From Bugula neritina (Eukaryota > Animalia > Bryozoa), in NCBI GenBank assembly GCA_964035545.1, contig CAXIUT010000057.1, positions 391,153-417,585 on the forward strand: 26,433 nt of DNA. Direction: 5' to 3'. The notes below the pieces were generated by a model, which was not told the DNA's origin, did no database searches, and saw only the letters and a list, made by a program, of their open reading frames with translations. Positions 1-12,119 of the stretch are shown in pieces; the first letter of the stretch is position 1; each line of letters begins with the position of its first letter. The position numbers and the translations under genes were made by a program.

Positions 1-92
1 CCCAAACCCCAACCCCAACCAACCCCAACCCCAACCCCAACCCCACCCCAACCCCAACCCCAACCCCAACCCCAACCCCAACCCCAACCCCC
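1..92. repeat. Left telomere, (CCCCAA)n
   Basis: Tandem CCCCAA repeats with a few imperfect units at the very start of the sequence. This is the C4A2 repeat known from Tetrahymena-type ciliates. Confidence 0.97.
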
Positions 93-160
93 ATAAATTT
101 TATATATTTATTGAATAAGTATCATTCATAATTCTACATTAAAGAACTATAATATAAATA

Positions 161-2388
161 TCATATATTAAACAATGGATAATTGACTAAATCTTCATTA
201 TTTCTGTATAAACAAGTAAATCCTCCCACCTGCTTACCTTTTTTTGTTGAATTTAACAACTTTCCAGTATCTTGTAAAACTTTCTTCACCAGTCTTTTTG
301 TTACTGGAGTCGATGCTTCCATAGTAGGACTCATATTAACCTAAATCAACCAAGGATTCAAGTTATCATCTATCATAAAATCATAGCCAAACAGTTCTAT
401 TGTCCCTTTCTTAGCTATTACATGACCTTAACAACTTTTTATGCTCCAGACAACGATATTTTTCATCTTTTATTGAACTATTGCCCACTTTTACTATCCC
501 AGCCACTATCTGAACTCATTCATTTCCCACATAGACTTTTCAGGTACATGTTTTTTGGAGTGTTTTTGAATGGAATCATTAGTTAGATGAACAAAGCGGT
601 TGTAGATATTGTCAAGAGAGTATTAATCATTAGAAAATCTGAGATAACATTCATCATAGAACCATATTTTTGGAGGATTAAAATCTTGAACAACGACCCA
701 CTGACGAATATCAAACTTTCTTCCTTCAATTAGCAAAGGATTTTCAATATACTTTTGTACTACGAACTGAGTAGGCAGACCAAGGCAGTAGTCAGCTATA
801 TCATAGATATTATTGAAACACCGAATACCTCTTCCTCTTGACATAACTAAATCATGGGATAAGTACAATTAGGCTTGGCGATCCAGACATTACGCATTCC
901 ATTGATATCGAATTGAGGATCTTTGGCCTTCAAAATTTATAAATGATCTCTCATCTTTTCATCAATTTCTTAGTAAAGACGTTATTCATAGTCTTCTTAC
1001 TAGGTTTTATCAGTTCTAAACTCCAACTTTTGAGACTTCCGCATATTCTATAACTTTTTTTTGAGTTCCTCTTCATCAGCTACATAAAATAAATAATACT
1101 GCCGATTGTTTCAGTAATGATAGTCCATTCTTCAGGTACAATACTTGGATATGATCCCTTATTAATATTACTAACCAAATTACTAAACGACTGTGACCTT
1201 CTTTTAAGAATTTAATAACTAATTCTTATTTTAAGTTATCTTCCTTTGTAACGTTACTTATCAACCAAAAATCTTTTAACTACACTCTCAGCAAAGCTAA
1301 ATTTGAAGTTTTAAACAAAATTTTAGAAATCAACCTGATCACCTAGATCAAAACACCTTGGATAAAAACGATCAGAATCAACTCCTGATCCAAGTGGTAA
1401 GGTCCTAAGACGTCTAGTAATACCATATTTGCTTGTGAGATGATGGTTATTATTGAAATGGTTGACTCCTTGAGAATGTTTCAGTCCAACAAAATTGATA
1501 TCACCTATTTTGGTGGTCCACTTGAAATCATAGTGAGGAGACCATACATCTTAGTTTTAAGCCCAACCTTTATCAATAAGAGTTCTTCTAAGTTACCCAT
1601 ACCCTCCTTTGATAATAAAAACCTTTTGATAATATCCAATCCCATTTCTTCTCTTCCATGTTGGAAAATCAATATTCTAATCTTTTTATTAATTATCTTC
1701 CTAATCAACAGAATCATCCTCATCATAGTGCACTTTCTACTTCTCTTACTTTTTAGATGAATTAACTATATAATTATTATTCCTTGCCTTATACTTCAAA
1801 CTTCTCAATTGCTAATTAGTTATATAATTAAATTTAACTCTCCCTTTATCTCTTCCCTTCGTCTCCTCATACTTAGTAAACAACTCCTCTATCTAGTTAT
1901 TCTTATAAGGAATGCTCATAATTTCTGTCTTACCCTTCAAACTATTCATATAATCATCTCTACGAGACAACAAACTATATAAACTTACAGTTTGATAGCG
2001 TAGAACCGATATGATTTTAGGGTTATCAATAACCCGTTTCTTTTTACTGGCGATAATGATTTATTTTTGATTTTTTGTCTTGGCTGTTGAGGTGATGATA
2101 TTTCTATATGTTTTTTTGACTCTTTTTCAAGAGCAGGTTGTTTAATATGAGTGCTTTAGGTCAATCTAAAATTTTTAGTAGGTTTTTGGTAGAGTTGTTA
2201 GTTGTTTTACTGTAGGATTCAACTCTAATATATTTAAGTACTGGTTGATAGTTTTGATGGAACTGTTTTGTTCTTGAGCTTGTATAACAGCGAGAAGAAT
2301 GGTCAGTGGAGTATGATTTAAGGATATATGCTGAAAAAGGGAAAACTTGATGTTGATTTTGATTCCGAGTTGCTGGACGTCTAATCAT
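161..2388 (-). CDS. TTLL3: Tubulin-tyrosine ligase-like protein, TTLL3/TTLL8 (tubulin glycylase) type
   Basis: With TAR=Glu the frame gives KVFIIKGGYG..GWAEN..DFKW, DPQFDINGMRNVWIAKP, SRGRGI, QKYIENPLLIEGRKFDIRQW, HLTNDSIQK and ELFGYDFMIDD..PWLIEVNMSP. There are 20-nt introns at 1080-1099 and 847-866, and TGA at 161-163. The frame is secure up to about 2040. The 5' part (ATG 2388) needs further introns or indels and is uncertain. Confidence 0.88.
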
Positions 2389-2478
2389 TAATAATTTTAA
2401 TGCCTAACCTGCTATTATAACTATTATTTCCTGATCAAATATATATCCAAATCTCATCATAATAAATAAAACCATAAA

Positions 2479-4821
2479 TCATATATATTACTCAACCAAA
2501 AAACCATTTCTCCATCGACCATGAACAACCCCTCCATTCATCATATAGAACCTACCTTCTCCATGAATCTGATCTTAAAAAAATTAACCAGCATAACTCT
2601 ATTTATTGGAAAAAGTCAACTTCCCTTTCCCATGTTTTTGTTAAAAAAAGAAATCACCTTAATAAGTAATCCAATCATCATCTATAATTTAATTCCCTAA
2701 ATTTTTATAATCCAGAGGTTCAAGTATAACCAAAGGAGTGTCGTTGTGAATGACCCCTTTGCCATGGAAAGAATCCATATACCAGCCGCCCTAATACGCT
2801 ACAGTTCCATTAGAATAGTAAAGAGTTCCACGACCATGCATTTTTGTTATCTTTCCAATGGCCATCATAATAACTACCATCCTGGTAATGAAAAATACCC
2901 CTACCATGTCTCCGATTGTTCTTCATCTGACCCACATATCTAGTACCGATCTAGTATTCCACTCTTCGCTACTAATTATCGTTTTAAAATGATTCAATTG
3001 AAGGCTAGTCCTCACTGACTTCTTTGATTGTTGAGTTGAAACGATGTTGGTTTTTGATTGGTTGAGTGGGAGTCGATGGCTGTATGATTGTTTTGTCTTG
3101 TTATGTGTTGGTCTATACTGGAGCAAGTTCGTTGATAGTAATTGATGATAGAGAAGAAGTAACTCTATCTTGTGATTAATCTAATTTAATTTATTTTTAT
3201 GGTAAACTTGTCCGTCTTTAATCTTGTCCTTATTTCTAATATAAATTTGATAATTATTTAGAATTTAAAACAGAATCTTAGAATTAAAACCATGACCTAT
3301 TACTTCTGATACTCGATCGCTTTTATCTTATTTATCTTATGAAGAATTTACACTAACTACCTCTTTGAAATAAGGAATAAATGAACTTTCAGGAACTGCT
3401 AGTTTTTTTGATTATTTTATTTAGGAAACATAGTATTTAGGTTCATTTTTATTTTATATTTTATTGAAATCTTATAAAGAATATGGTCTTATTTTTTATT
3501 ATTATATTAATTAGGGTTTCAATGTTGACTATTTTATTTTTGATTATTCTTTTTATAATATTATGCTTTTATAATCATGATTTGTATGTTTTATGAATTA
3601 TTTTATCTTTCGTTATTATTTTTATTATTCTATTTTATAGTCCATCCTAAAAGGATATATTAGCTCTTGTTTGAGAGGTGATTTTGGTATTACAAAAGAA
3701 TTCTGTGGAGTGATATAGTTAGGCACTGAATTATGTAAAACAATATTATTATCAAAAGGTTTATGAACAAACTTAACTGCAAGTGATCTGTTTGTTCCTT
3801 ACTGCCCATGATAAGAAATTGGACTCAAATGAGAAGAATAAACTGTTTGTACAAATGATTCATTTTGTGACCTTTGAAAAAATTCTGATTGCTGATATTC
3901 AACTGATTTCTATATGTTTACTTAACGTTATTTATTCTTTTTATTACTTATTTTTTAAACTTGATTATTTTATTAAATAAAAACACCTTGTATACTTTAC
4001 TAACAACTTATTTTTTAAATAACTTGTCTTTAGTATGGAGACAAACTCAACAAAACCTTCAATTTATGTTGCAACTAAGGAGATTGTACTTTACTAATGG
4101 CTTTTATCAAAACATCTTAAGATATTTTAGAATAGTTACTTCCTTAAACCAAATCCATTTTTTATCCATAAAACAACTCTAAAGCCAACATTCCCAATGA
4201 AAAATAATCAGACAAATAAGAATCATAATAATTAATTTTAGCATTTTTATAATTAATTTACTAAGGAGACAGATAAATTCCTTCAGGTTTCGTATTGTAA
4301 TTTGATATCAAATCACTAGAAAACAGCCAAGGATCGATCAGAAACACAGTTCTATCATTTCTAACAAATATATTTCTAAAACATATTTGCTAGTGAGTCT
4401 GCCTCATCTTTTTGAGATAAAGTATAGCCAATACAACAGAATGAATTATCTACAAAATCTGATCACAACTAAAAGACGACCCCTCATATATCTTTTTAGT
4501 CCGTATCTCTTGAAGATTCTAAGTATGCAACTCAAAAGCCATACACATTTTAGTCTGATAATTACAATACCCCAAATCATCCACTGGCTGTCTCCACTTA
4601 AGAAGACTGAGATGTCTGTTTGGCTATCTGATTTTAATCTATATTTTTTATTAGATCATTTTGGTTTAGTAATGGGAGTGACATATTAGCTACCTAGCTA
4701 TGAATGTTTATTTGGTGTTTTTGGATTGGATTAGCATCAATTGATTGTACGGGTTGTTATGGATTATATTAAATTGTTAGGACCATTGGAATGAGTTGTT
4801 GCTTGATGTTTGGGATCCCAT
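2479..4821 (-). CDS. Pseudokinase domain plus C-terminal MORN repeats, with an N-myristoylation-like start
   Basis: Starts MGSQTSS. Kinase C-lobe-like motifs are present (LYL..HEQICFRNIFV, LIDP, YLSPE, SDYFSLGMLALE). MORN repeats follow (YVGQMKNNRRHGRG, YDGHWKDNK-MHGRG, YEGGWYMDSFHGKG, YEGDFFFEQKHGKG, YAGEFFEDQIHGEG). There is a 20-nt intron at 3277-3296, and one extra base in the T5 run at 2841-2845 breaks the frame. Confidence 0.8.
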
Positions 4822-4920
4822 GTTCAAGTTTAAAGTTAAATTAATTACATTTATAATACAAACTTATTAAATTCAAATTTGGTTTATTCGAAATAATACC
4901 ATTAATAATAAATCAATTTA

Positions 4921-6922
4921 TCAACTGTTGAAACGCTGCCCCTTGAAACGACTTCGTAAGATCTGAACCTTTGTTTTATGAGGCTAGCGCATCAACTTCA
5001 ATATACGAGTATCACTAAATTGCTTATACACACTTCCCTTTGATTCATCGAATTTCTAACTACAACGATTAGTTATTGTCTACTTCGATGCTGTCACCTC
5101 ATTTATCACTCTCAATTGAGATTTCTTAGGCTTATAAAACAAACTCTCATCTTCATCGAAATTTATCAAACTATGAGACACCTACTTAGCCTATAACTAT
5201 CTATATTAATTAGGCTATCTAAAATGTACTCCTTTATTTTAAGTCAAATTACTCTCTAATTTTTGTTCAGTCAAATTGCTTTATCTCTTATTTTAAGTCA
5301 AATCGCTTGATCTCTTATCTTACACTAAAGAACTTTCTTTTTTATTTTATACTAAAGAACTTTCTTTTTTACTTGAAATAACAGAACTTTATTTTTTATT
5401 TGAAACCACTGAGCTTTATTTTTTCTTCAACATAAAATTATTTTCCAATTTATTTTCCAACAACAAATCACTTTAATATTTCTGAAGAGGCTCCTCATGT
5501 CTAAATTGATTAAAAGGACTATTAAGCACAGGTCTTTCAGGAAAGCTAATTTCTTCTTGTTTAGATAACACATAACTAATAGAATTGACTTAACTATTTT
5601 AGTTAACAGAATTGACTGTTTAGCTTTAAGCATAACATCTGCTTGATTATTCTAATTAATTTTTTTGATAAAATTCGGATAAATATCCGACGAATGAGGT
5701 TAAAACTATTCCTGCGATTATAATATTTTTTAGGTATATAAATCAATATTTTTTTTATGACTGCTAAATTAATGAACTCTGAAGTATCAAATTTACCTGA
5801 TTTCAACATATCTCCAAACATATTGATTATCGTATCATTTTTTGATGCATTCAAATTATTACTAGCAGCATTCGACTCACCCATATGCTACTCTACCTTC
5901 TCTATCTCTTTTGTCGGTGGAGAACAATAATGATGAGGATTCTATTCAGTAAAACTTGGTTGGTGATGCTGCTAGGCTATCTAGTATGGACTGCTTATTT
6001 TCTATCCCTTCTTGAATGCTCTTTACTCGAGAGATAGTTAGTTTTTTTATTATCTATTGAAAGAACCAACTGAATTATTGTCTTCATAGTAATGTTCCAG
6101 CTGATCTTTAAATGTTACAGTAGGAGTATTCCGATGTTCCTTATTATCTTCTTTATACACGTTATTTGAAATCTTTTATCTGTCTCCGCTCAGCTGACTA
6201 CTATTCTTGCTAATAGAACTGGAGACCTGTTTGCTGTTGTTTTATGATGATTGTGAGATCTAGGCCTCCTAGTTGTATATCATATAGAGGTTGTTGTTGT
6301 TCTGAATGAATAGATATATTTATGCTTATTAGAATTTGTAGTAGGGATGATTGGCAACTAGGTAAGTTTCAAAAAATTAGCATAGTTCACTCAAAATGCT
6401 TTATATGTAATTTTATTGCTGAGATTGTTGATTTTATGTAGTTGTAATTGAACTGAACAGAGTCAGAAAGGCTTTATCTATTTGAATATGCTAGTTTAAA
6501 TAATCTTAATAATACTGACAATCCTCTTCTTCCATAGCTACAAAAAATTATGCCAGATATTTGATATGTACACAAAGATCAGCATTATTAATGAGTTATG
6601 GATCAAAAATAAACTGTTTTGTTATTTATAGATAATTTTTTGAACTCTACTGATCTTCCAGTTAAAAACATAGTCTAAGAAGTTGATAGTAAAAACATCT
6701 AAATAACCCTACAGACATATTCTAGCCATTCTGGATCTGTCTGACTACTCTATCATTCGATTACAGGTTAAAATTCAAAGATTATGGAATATTTTATGCA
6801 AAAGCGAAGAGTTCAGATGGCTAGTTACTTTGAAGTTGAGGAAAAGCTGTACTATTTGCCAACTAATGCATGAGCATGTGATAGTGAGGAACCTAGGATC
6901 CTGATTGTGAAAGTTGACTCAT
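4921..6922 (-). CDS. Hypothetical protein: helical N-terminal region, long low-complexity C-terminal half with 9-aa repeats
   Basis: The frame is TGA-free from ATG 6922 (MSQLSQSGSEVPH...) to about 5750, and again from about 5650 to TGA 4921. The 5650-5760 segment needs an indel or an intron to join the frames. Confidence 0.65.
5235..5424 (-). repeat. Degenerate 27-nt coding tandem repeat, about 7 copies
   Basis: Translates as KKESSVVSN-KKESSVISS-KKESSLVEN-KKESSLVED-KRSSDLTEN-KRESNLTEQ-KLESNLTEN. Confidence 0.75.
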
Positions 6923-6964
6923 ATTAAATTAATATTTTTGAATGTAATTTATTGATAATTATAA

Positions 6965-7827
6965 ATGGAGGAATAGAGATAAGTCGATCAGTAGAACTTA
7001 CTACGTTCGCTAAGATTTATGGAATAAATATGTTTTCTTTTGAGATTATCTCGACCATGCACAAAGACAACAATGGATTTTTTCCATTTATTGAATTCAT
7101 CACAAACACATCAATATCAAATATAGATAATGATAGCTACTTCTATATTTTTGGGTGCTAAAATATTTGAAGTATAACTAAAAATCAGAGATATCCTCAA
7201 TATGGTTTTCATCGATACTGCACTCCATCGCATCATTCTAGCATAAAAAACATAAACCTAAGAAAAAGGACTATAGTTCAAATTGAATCACGTGTTCGAA
7301 AGATAAGATCTTAAAGATATTTTGCAACCATCGTATTCATTCAATAGTAATATATGTAAATATTTAGATTATAATGAGTTCAAACCTAAAGTGTTATAAG
7401 CTGAACAGCATTTATTGAGGATACTTGGATTTGATTTTGCTCAGGCTCAAAAAAATACTACATAACTTAAAAACCATTTTAGTGCTGATCCATCAACTAA
7501 GACGTAGATTTTATCACTTACTGAGTGCCCCAAGTTAGCGCCCAAACCATACTCAACACCTACAGCGACCTACCCTTCACAGGAGTTGAAAAATGGATAG
7601 CAGGAGTAGTCTATTTCGGTTACCTTGTAGGTCGATCACTCCTCAAGACAAGCAAATAGAGTATAACGATATCAAACGAGGAATGGTAGACTGTTTTTTG
7701 CACCAAAATATAAAAACTAAGAGGATATGCAACTAAACTGACAGCCTTCTACAAAAAGAAGCAAGCTAAAATATAAAACGGAGAAGTTAAGAACGAGAAA
7801 TAGTCTAAATAAATGATATAAGGATGA
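6965..7827 (+). CDS. Cyclin of the transcriptional group (cyclin K/L/Q-like)
   Basis: Cyclin box motifs RFMEEICFLLRL, DFFH, ATSIFLGAKIFEVELKIRDILN and KVLEAEQHLLRILGFDF. There is a 21-nt intron at 7347-7367. Exon structure after about 7450 is uncertain, and TGA 7825-7827 is the most plausible end. Confidence 0.75.
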
Positions 7828-7841
7828 GCAGATCTGTGATG

Positions 7842-9339
7842 TCATGTTTATAGGGAGTATATAATTTAAGTGAGGATGTTTTTGAATGTCTACTAGTAAT
7901 TAGGAAATTTTTATGTCAATTGCTAGTATATGTAGTTGTAATCTTGGTCTCGTATTATCCTGTACTTGACTATATGCCTCAGAAGTTTGAATTTGAACTA
8001 TTGAATTGATTATAACGAGTGTTCAGTGACTTTCTAAATAAAACGCTTGCATTTATCCTATTGTGTATAAATAATTTCCTTCTTCTGTATACCGAATGTT
8101 TCCTACCCTTTGTTCTTACTCACACTTTTACGTTTAGACTCCTTCTTTAAACTTTTATGATGATATTGTTCATAAATATTGGTTTTAGGTCGATTTATGT
8201 TACTTGATTTATTAGGTTTATCTTTGCTTTTCTGACGACTAGCTTCATTGTTTCTAGATATATGTTTTAAACTTTTACTCTAAGTATGTATATTTCTAGA
8301 GAGAGGACTACGAGGTGGCTTACCTAAATTTATATTGATAGTTAGTCCCTTTTTACTCATCCTCATTATATTATTATCATCTATTCATAACATTAAATAT
8401 TAACTTATCAAAATCAAGTAATCATTGAGGAGAACGTCCCACATTCCGTTTAATATTCGATCTGGATTGCTGTTTAGGTGAAAAAGTATTTCTGGCTCTT
8501 GGTTGATTAGGCACAACAGGCTGTTCTATTTTATTTCTATCAGAAGGACCAATCAATTCTTTAGGACATATACTATGTATCTAACTTTTCATTTTTTTAG
8601 TCAATACCCTCTCTCGCATAGACTGACTTATCTATTTTGTCTTCTCTATCATCTCTTCGATTCTAGAAATGATCAATTTCTATGCTTCTTCTTTGAATTG
8701 GTAATATTCGTTAAATATATTTAGCAGTTATGGATATTTCTTTTATTATGACATTAGTAACATCTTTTATAACTTTTTATCTAATGTTTTCTTTTGTATT
8801 ATTTGCTTTTATACTGGAAATTAGACCTAAAGGTCAGGATTCGACCTGGCTTAAATTAAAATATTTTACTAGGATAAATTGAATAATTTAGAAGCAGAGT
8901 GTAATAATCCTGTAACTTCTTTGAAGAAGTAGTTGATGGTGAGGTGTATGGTTTGAATGGGTTATTTTTTTTTATTTTATACTTTCTTTTTCTTATTTTT
9001 TTGATTTTATTGATTCATCTATTAAATCTTCTTCCTCAAAAAGGTATTCTCTCTTCTAAGCTGCTTTATCTACATCCTAAGTAAGTCCTATCTCTCCAAA
9101 GAATCTCCAGATATCGATGATGAATCCTAATCCTATGAAATCGGTGAGGCTATATACTATTTAACTGCAGTTGTTGGATTAGTTGCTGGCAATGGTGGGT
9201 AATCTTTGTTTTTTTGTGATAGTTATTACTTATTGATTTGATTTTGTGAACTAGTTTGGGTTTTACCCAGAGGTTCAGGAGATAACATCTTTTTTTCATT
9301 CGATTTGACTCTTATTTTTTTGGAGCTTTTCCTCTCCAT
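7842..9339 (-). CDS. Hypothetical coiled-coil/low-complexity protein (one gene, or two genes split near 8370-8560)
   Basis: Long TGA-free segments run from ATG 9339 (MERKSSKK...) and from ATG 8366 to TGA 7842. There is a 20-nt intron at 8850-8869 and a frame break near the T runs at about 8965-9000. The junction at 8370-8560 could not be resolved. Confidence 0.55.
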
Positions 9340-9520
9340 TGGTAATTATATTTTTATCAGCTTTCAATATATTCAAAACTTAAAATCTATTCATCAAGAC
9401 TAAAACTATTAAACTATGATCTTTGTTATCAATTAAACCTGATTTTAACTAAAATAAAAATAGTGACTATGACTTTCCTGTTTTTTATATCAAAATTAAT
9501 TGCTTAGTTTATAAACTTAA

Positions 9521-11017
9521 ATGCACAAAGGTTTTTCTATCCCTTCCTAGCCACATATCAACCTCAACCGCTTCAACTACCGCAGTCTACCATCTTCATC
9601 CCTCCAACAACTCCTAGAATCATAATGTACAACTTATTAACTCAGTCAAAATCAAATCCCTAGAAATATCTCCACATGGTAAAACAGGAGTAGTCTTGAT
9701 ATAGACTAGCGGAGGATCATTTGTTCTCAAAAGTAACAACTAAGGTCCCACCGATTAGTTTTTAAACAGAATGGCTGGATTACTCAACTTAAGCGTCCCA
9801 CAAAGTCTATGTTTTTGCTGTTCAGATATATTTTTCCATAAACTAGTTTTCTAAATCTAAAAGTACATCAAACTTTACTTAGATTCTGCTCAAAAGACTA
9901 GGTTCTTTTCGCAAGGATACGATCACGTCTAGATTTTCCATTTTACCAAATAATCTAGTATATTCCATCAGTTTCAATGACTGAAGTAGGTCGCTAGCGT
10001 TTCTAAAAATACTTATTATAGCCTAACAGATTTTATGAGATAGGTATGTGCATAGGTTTCGACCTTCTAACAAACAACAGCGACCGTTTCAAATTGCTAT
10101 GGACAAATGAAGGCAATATAAACAATGTTCTAATATAAGTAAAAAATCATGATATTTACTAACACAAACAAACAATAGATAGAAACAACATGAACATCTA
10201 ATTAGGACATTATGTATTTATTGACCATTCTGGATATCTACTAGATTTGAAAGATCAAATGGCTGCTTCTAATTTCTAGAAATACATGTAAAAAGTTAGA
10301 AACTTCCAAACTGATCTTATACGATCGCTAAATGATTAATATCCTTTGCCGAAGGAATTTAATCAGTTGAAAGAACAGATACAATTGTTTAGTCATTATT
10401 TACTTACTGATAATGATTTGAAATATGTATCGAGGGGAATAGTATATATAACTAATAAATTTTTATAGGTATTTGAGAGTAGAAGTTTATAGCAGTTGTA
10501 TAATAGTATGAGAAAGAATTGTAATTAAAAAAATAAAAGAAAAGATTATGATAATAACTATTGGCATAGATATTGGAATTAAACTCTCAATAAAATCAAC
10601 CTCAACTTCCTACAAGAAGTTTACAATAAAATAGCTGCCATCTATACAGCATACCCTTAAATTATCAATGATGTTGTCGAATAAATGGAAGTCAAAATTA
10701 AAGATACTCTCAAAAATACTCAATTCGATTCACTAGAAAATGCATAAAGACCATAATTTATTGAACCTAGAAGTATTGCTACTATTTCTAAACTTAGCAA
10801 TGATCCAAGAACTTAATAAAAAATACCTTTTCAAGCATTGCCCAGTCTTTCAGCGTCTCAAGCAAGTAAATCCAACAAGAGTTAGTCGAATCATACAAAG
10901 AGTGTCTTATCTAATTCATAACTTTTGGAATAGCTAAAGAAGAAGAAAAGATGGAGATAGAAATTACAAAAATATCAATAAGATACTGCAGATCCCAAAG
11001 AATAAAGAAAATATTGA
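9521..11017 (+). CDS. Actin-fragmin kinase family atypical kinase, about 485 aa
   Basis: Motifs SPHGKTGVVLIETSGGSFVLK, LDFPFYQIIEYIP, EIGMCIGFDLLTNNSDRF..W.NEGNINN and VFIDH. Introns at 9627-9645 (19 nt) and 9863-9882 (20 nt) restore a single frame to TGA 11015-11017. Confidence 0.82.
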
Positions 11018-11100
11018 TTTTATCATCATAGCATTTATATATCTTTCAATATCAAAAGGATAATTATGATAAGGTTATAACAATAGCAATTAATAAAATA

Positions 11101-12049
11101 ATGACAAATCCCTATGCACATCCTTTCCTTCGCAGATAAAACACAATGTATCTTTCAACGATTAGTACTTGCTTATCTATCCAGATAAAACAGACTTAGG
11201 TTCAAGCAAAGTATTTACAAGATAGTCAAGTTTCAAAAGAAATGATATCGAAGGCTCACAACCTAAAAAAAGAATACCATCTCAAGCAAGAAGCACTAAC
11301 TATAATTTATCAACTGAAATAGAACCTATTCCTAACCAATCAAAATCAATCAATAAAATATCAAATCCTCTATTCATCGATGACATCTAAGGCAGTCGCC
11401 CCAAAAATAAATAATTCAGAACCAAAAGAATGGTTAATCCTCTCGATCCTCAATATATTTTACCTTCATCATCTGCTATAGTACTAGCAAAAGGACCTAA
11501 ATTCATCAAAAGTAATCTATAGACATCAGATATCAATGACAAACGATGTAAAACCCAACAATCTTTTACAAAGAGCAAAGAACCAATCTAAGGATCAAGT
11601 CCATCTCTTTTAAGAAAATAAGTAAAAGCAATTCCAAGATTATAAGTACGAGATATAATAAAATAAGATAAATTCTAATCAAATAGAAAAATCAATCCTT
11701 TAGTGCCAAATTACTACTGGAGAGACAATGATAAAAAATAATTAAATATAGAATATGGTAAAATAGCAGGAAGTGCGCCTCGACAAAAGCATCCTTTGAA
11801 AGTTGATAGAAGGAATAATTTTTGTTTGGATATTGGGGATATAGAAGGAGCAAAAAATACTACCTTCTTCAATAAATCATATCTAGTTGATGTAAATGAT
11901 TAGTAATATAGAAAAGAAAGTAGTTTAGAAATTTTATGATGACTCATGATATCGATAAAGCAACTGCTTCTAGTCTTAGAAAAGGGATCAACACCAAAAG
12001 ATCAACCAATCCGCTTATGCCCAAATATCAATATCCAGGAGAAAAATGA
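11101..12049 (+). CDS. Uncharacterised protein with DIEG(S/A)xP and RxxNPLxPxY repeats, about 302 aa
   Basis: Repeats DIEGSQP, DIEGSRP, IEGSSP, DIEGAK and RMVNPLDPQY, RKINPLVPNY, RSTNPLMPKY. Introns at 11165-11184 and 11892-11911 (20 nt each). Confidence 0.8.
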
Positions 12050-12119
12050 TAATAATAATTTTATATGACTATTATAGCTATTAATAGACTATTATCTATA
12101 GACAATATGCTGATCAAGG

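Noticed and set aside
1-92. Variant telomere units (CCCAAA, CCAA, CCCCA)
   Set aside because: They are few, lie at the contig edge and are absent from the right telomere, so read error is the likely cause.
6540-6800. Otubain/OTU-like resemblance in the N-terminus of the 4921-6922 gene
   Set aside because: It lacks the GDGNC catalytic motif, and the similarity is too weak to call without a profile search.
6598-7350. Long plus-strand frame with three in-frame TGA codons, suggesting UGA=Trp or readthrough
   Set aside because: It overlaps the antisense of the 4921-6922 gene and an off-frame of the cyclin. All conserved Trp residues seen use TGG, and long frames are expected by chance with one stop codon.
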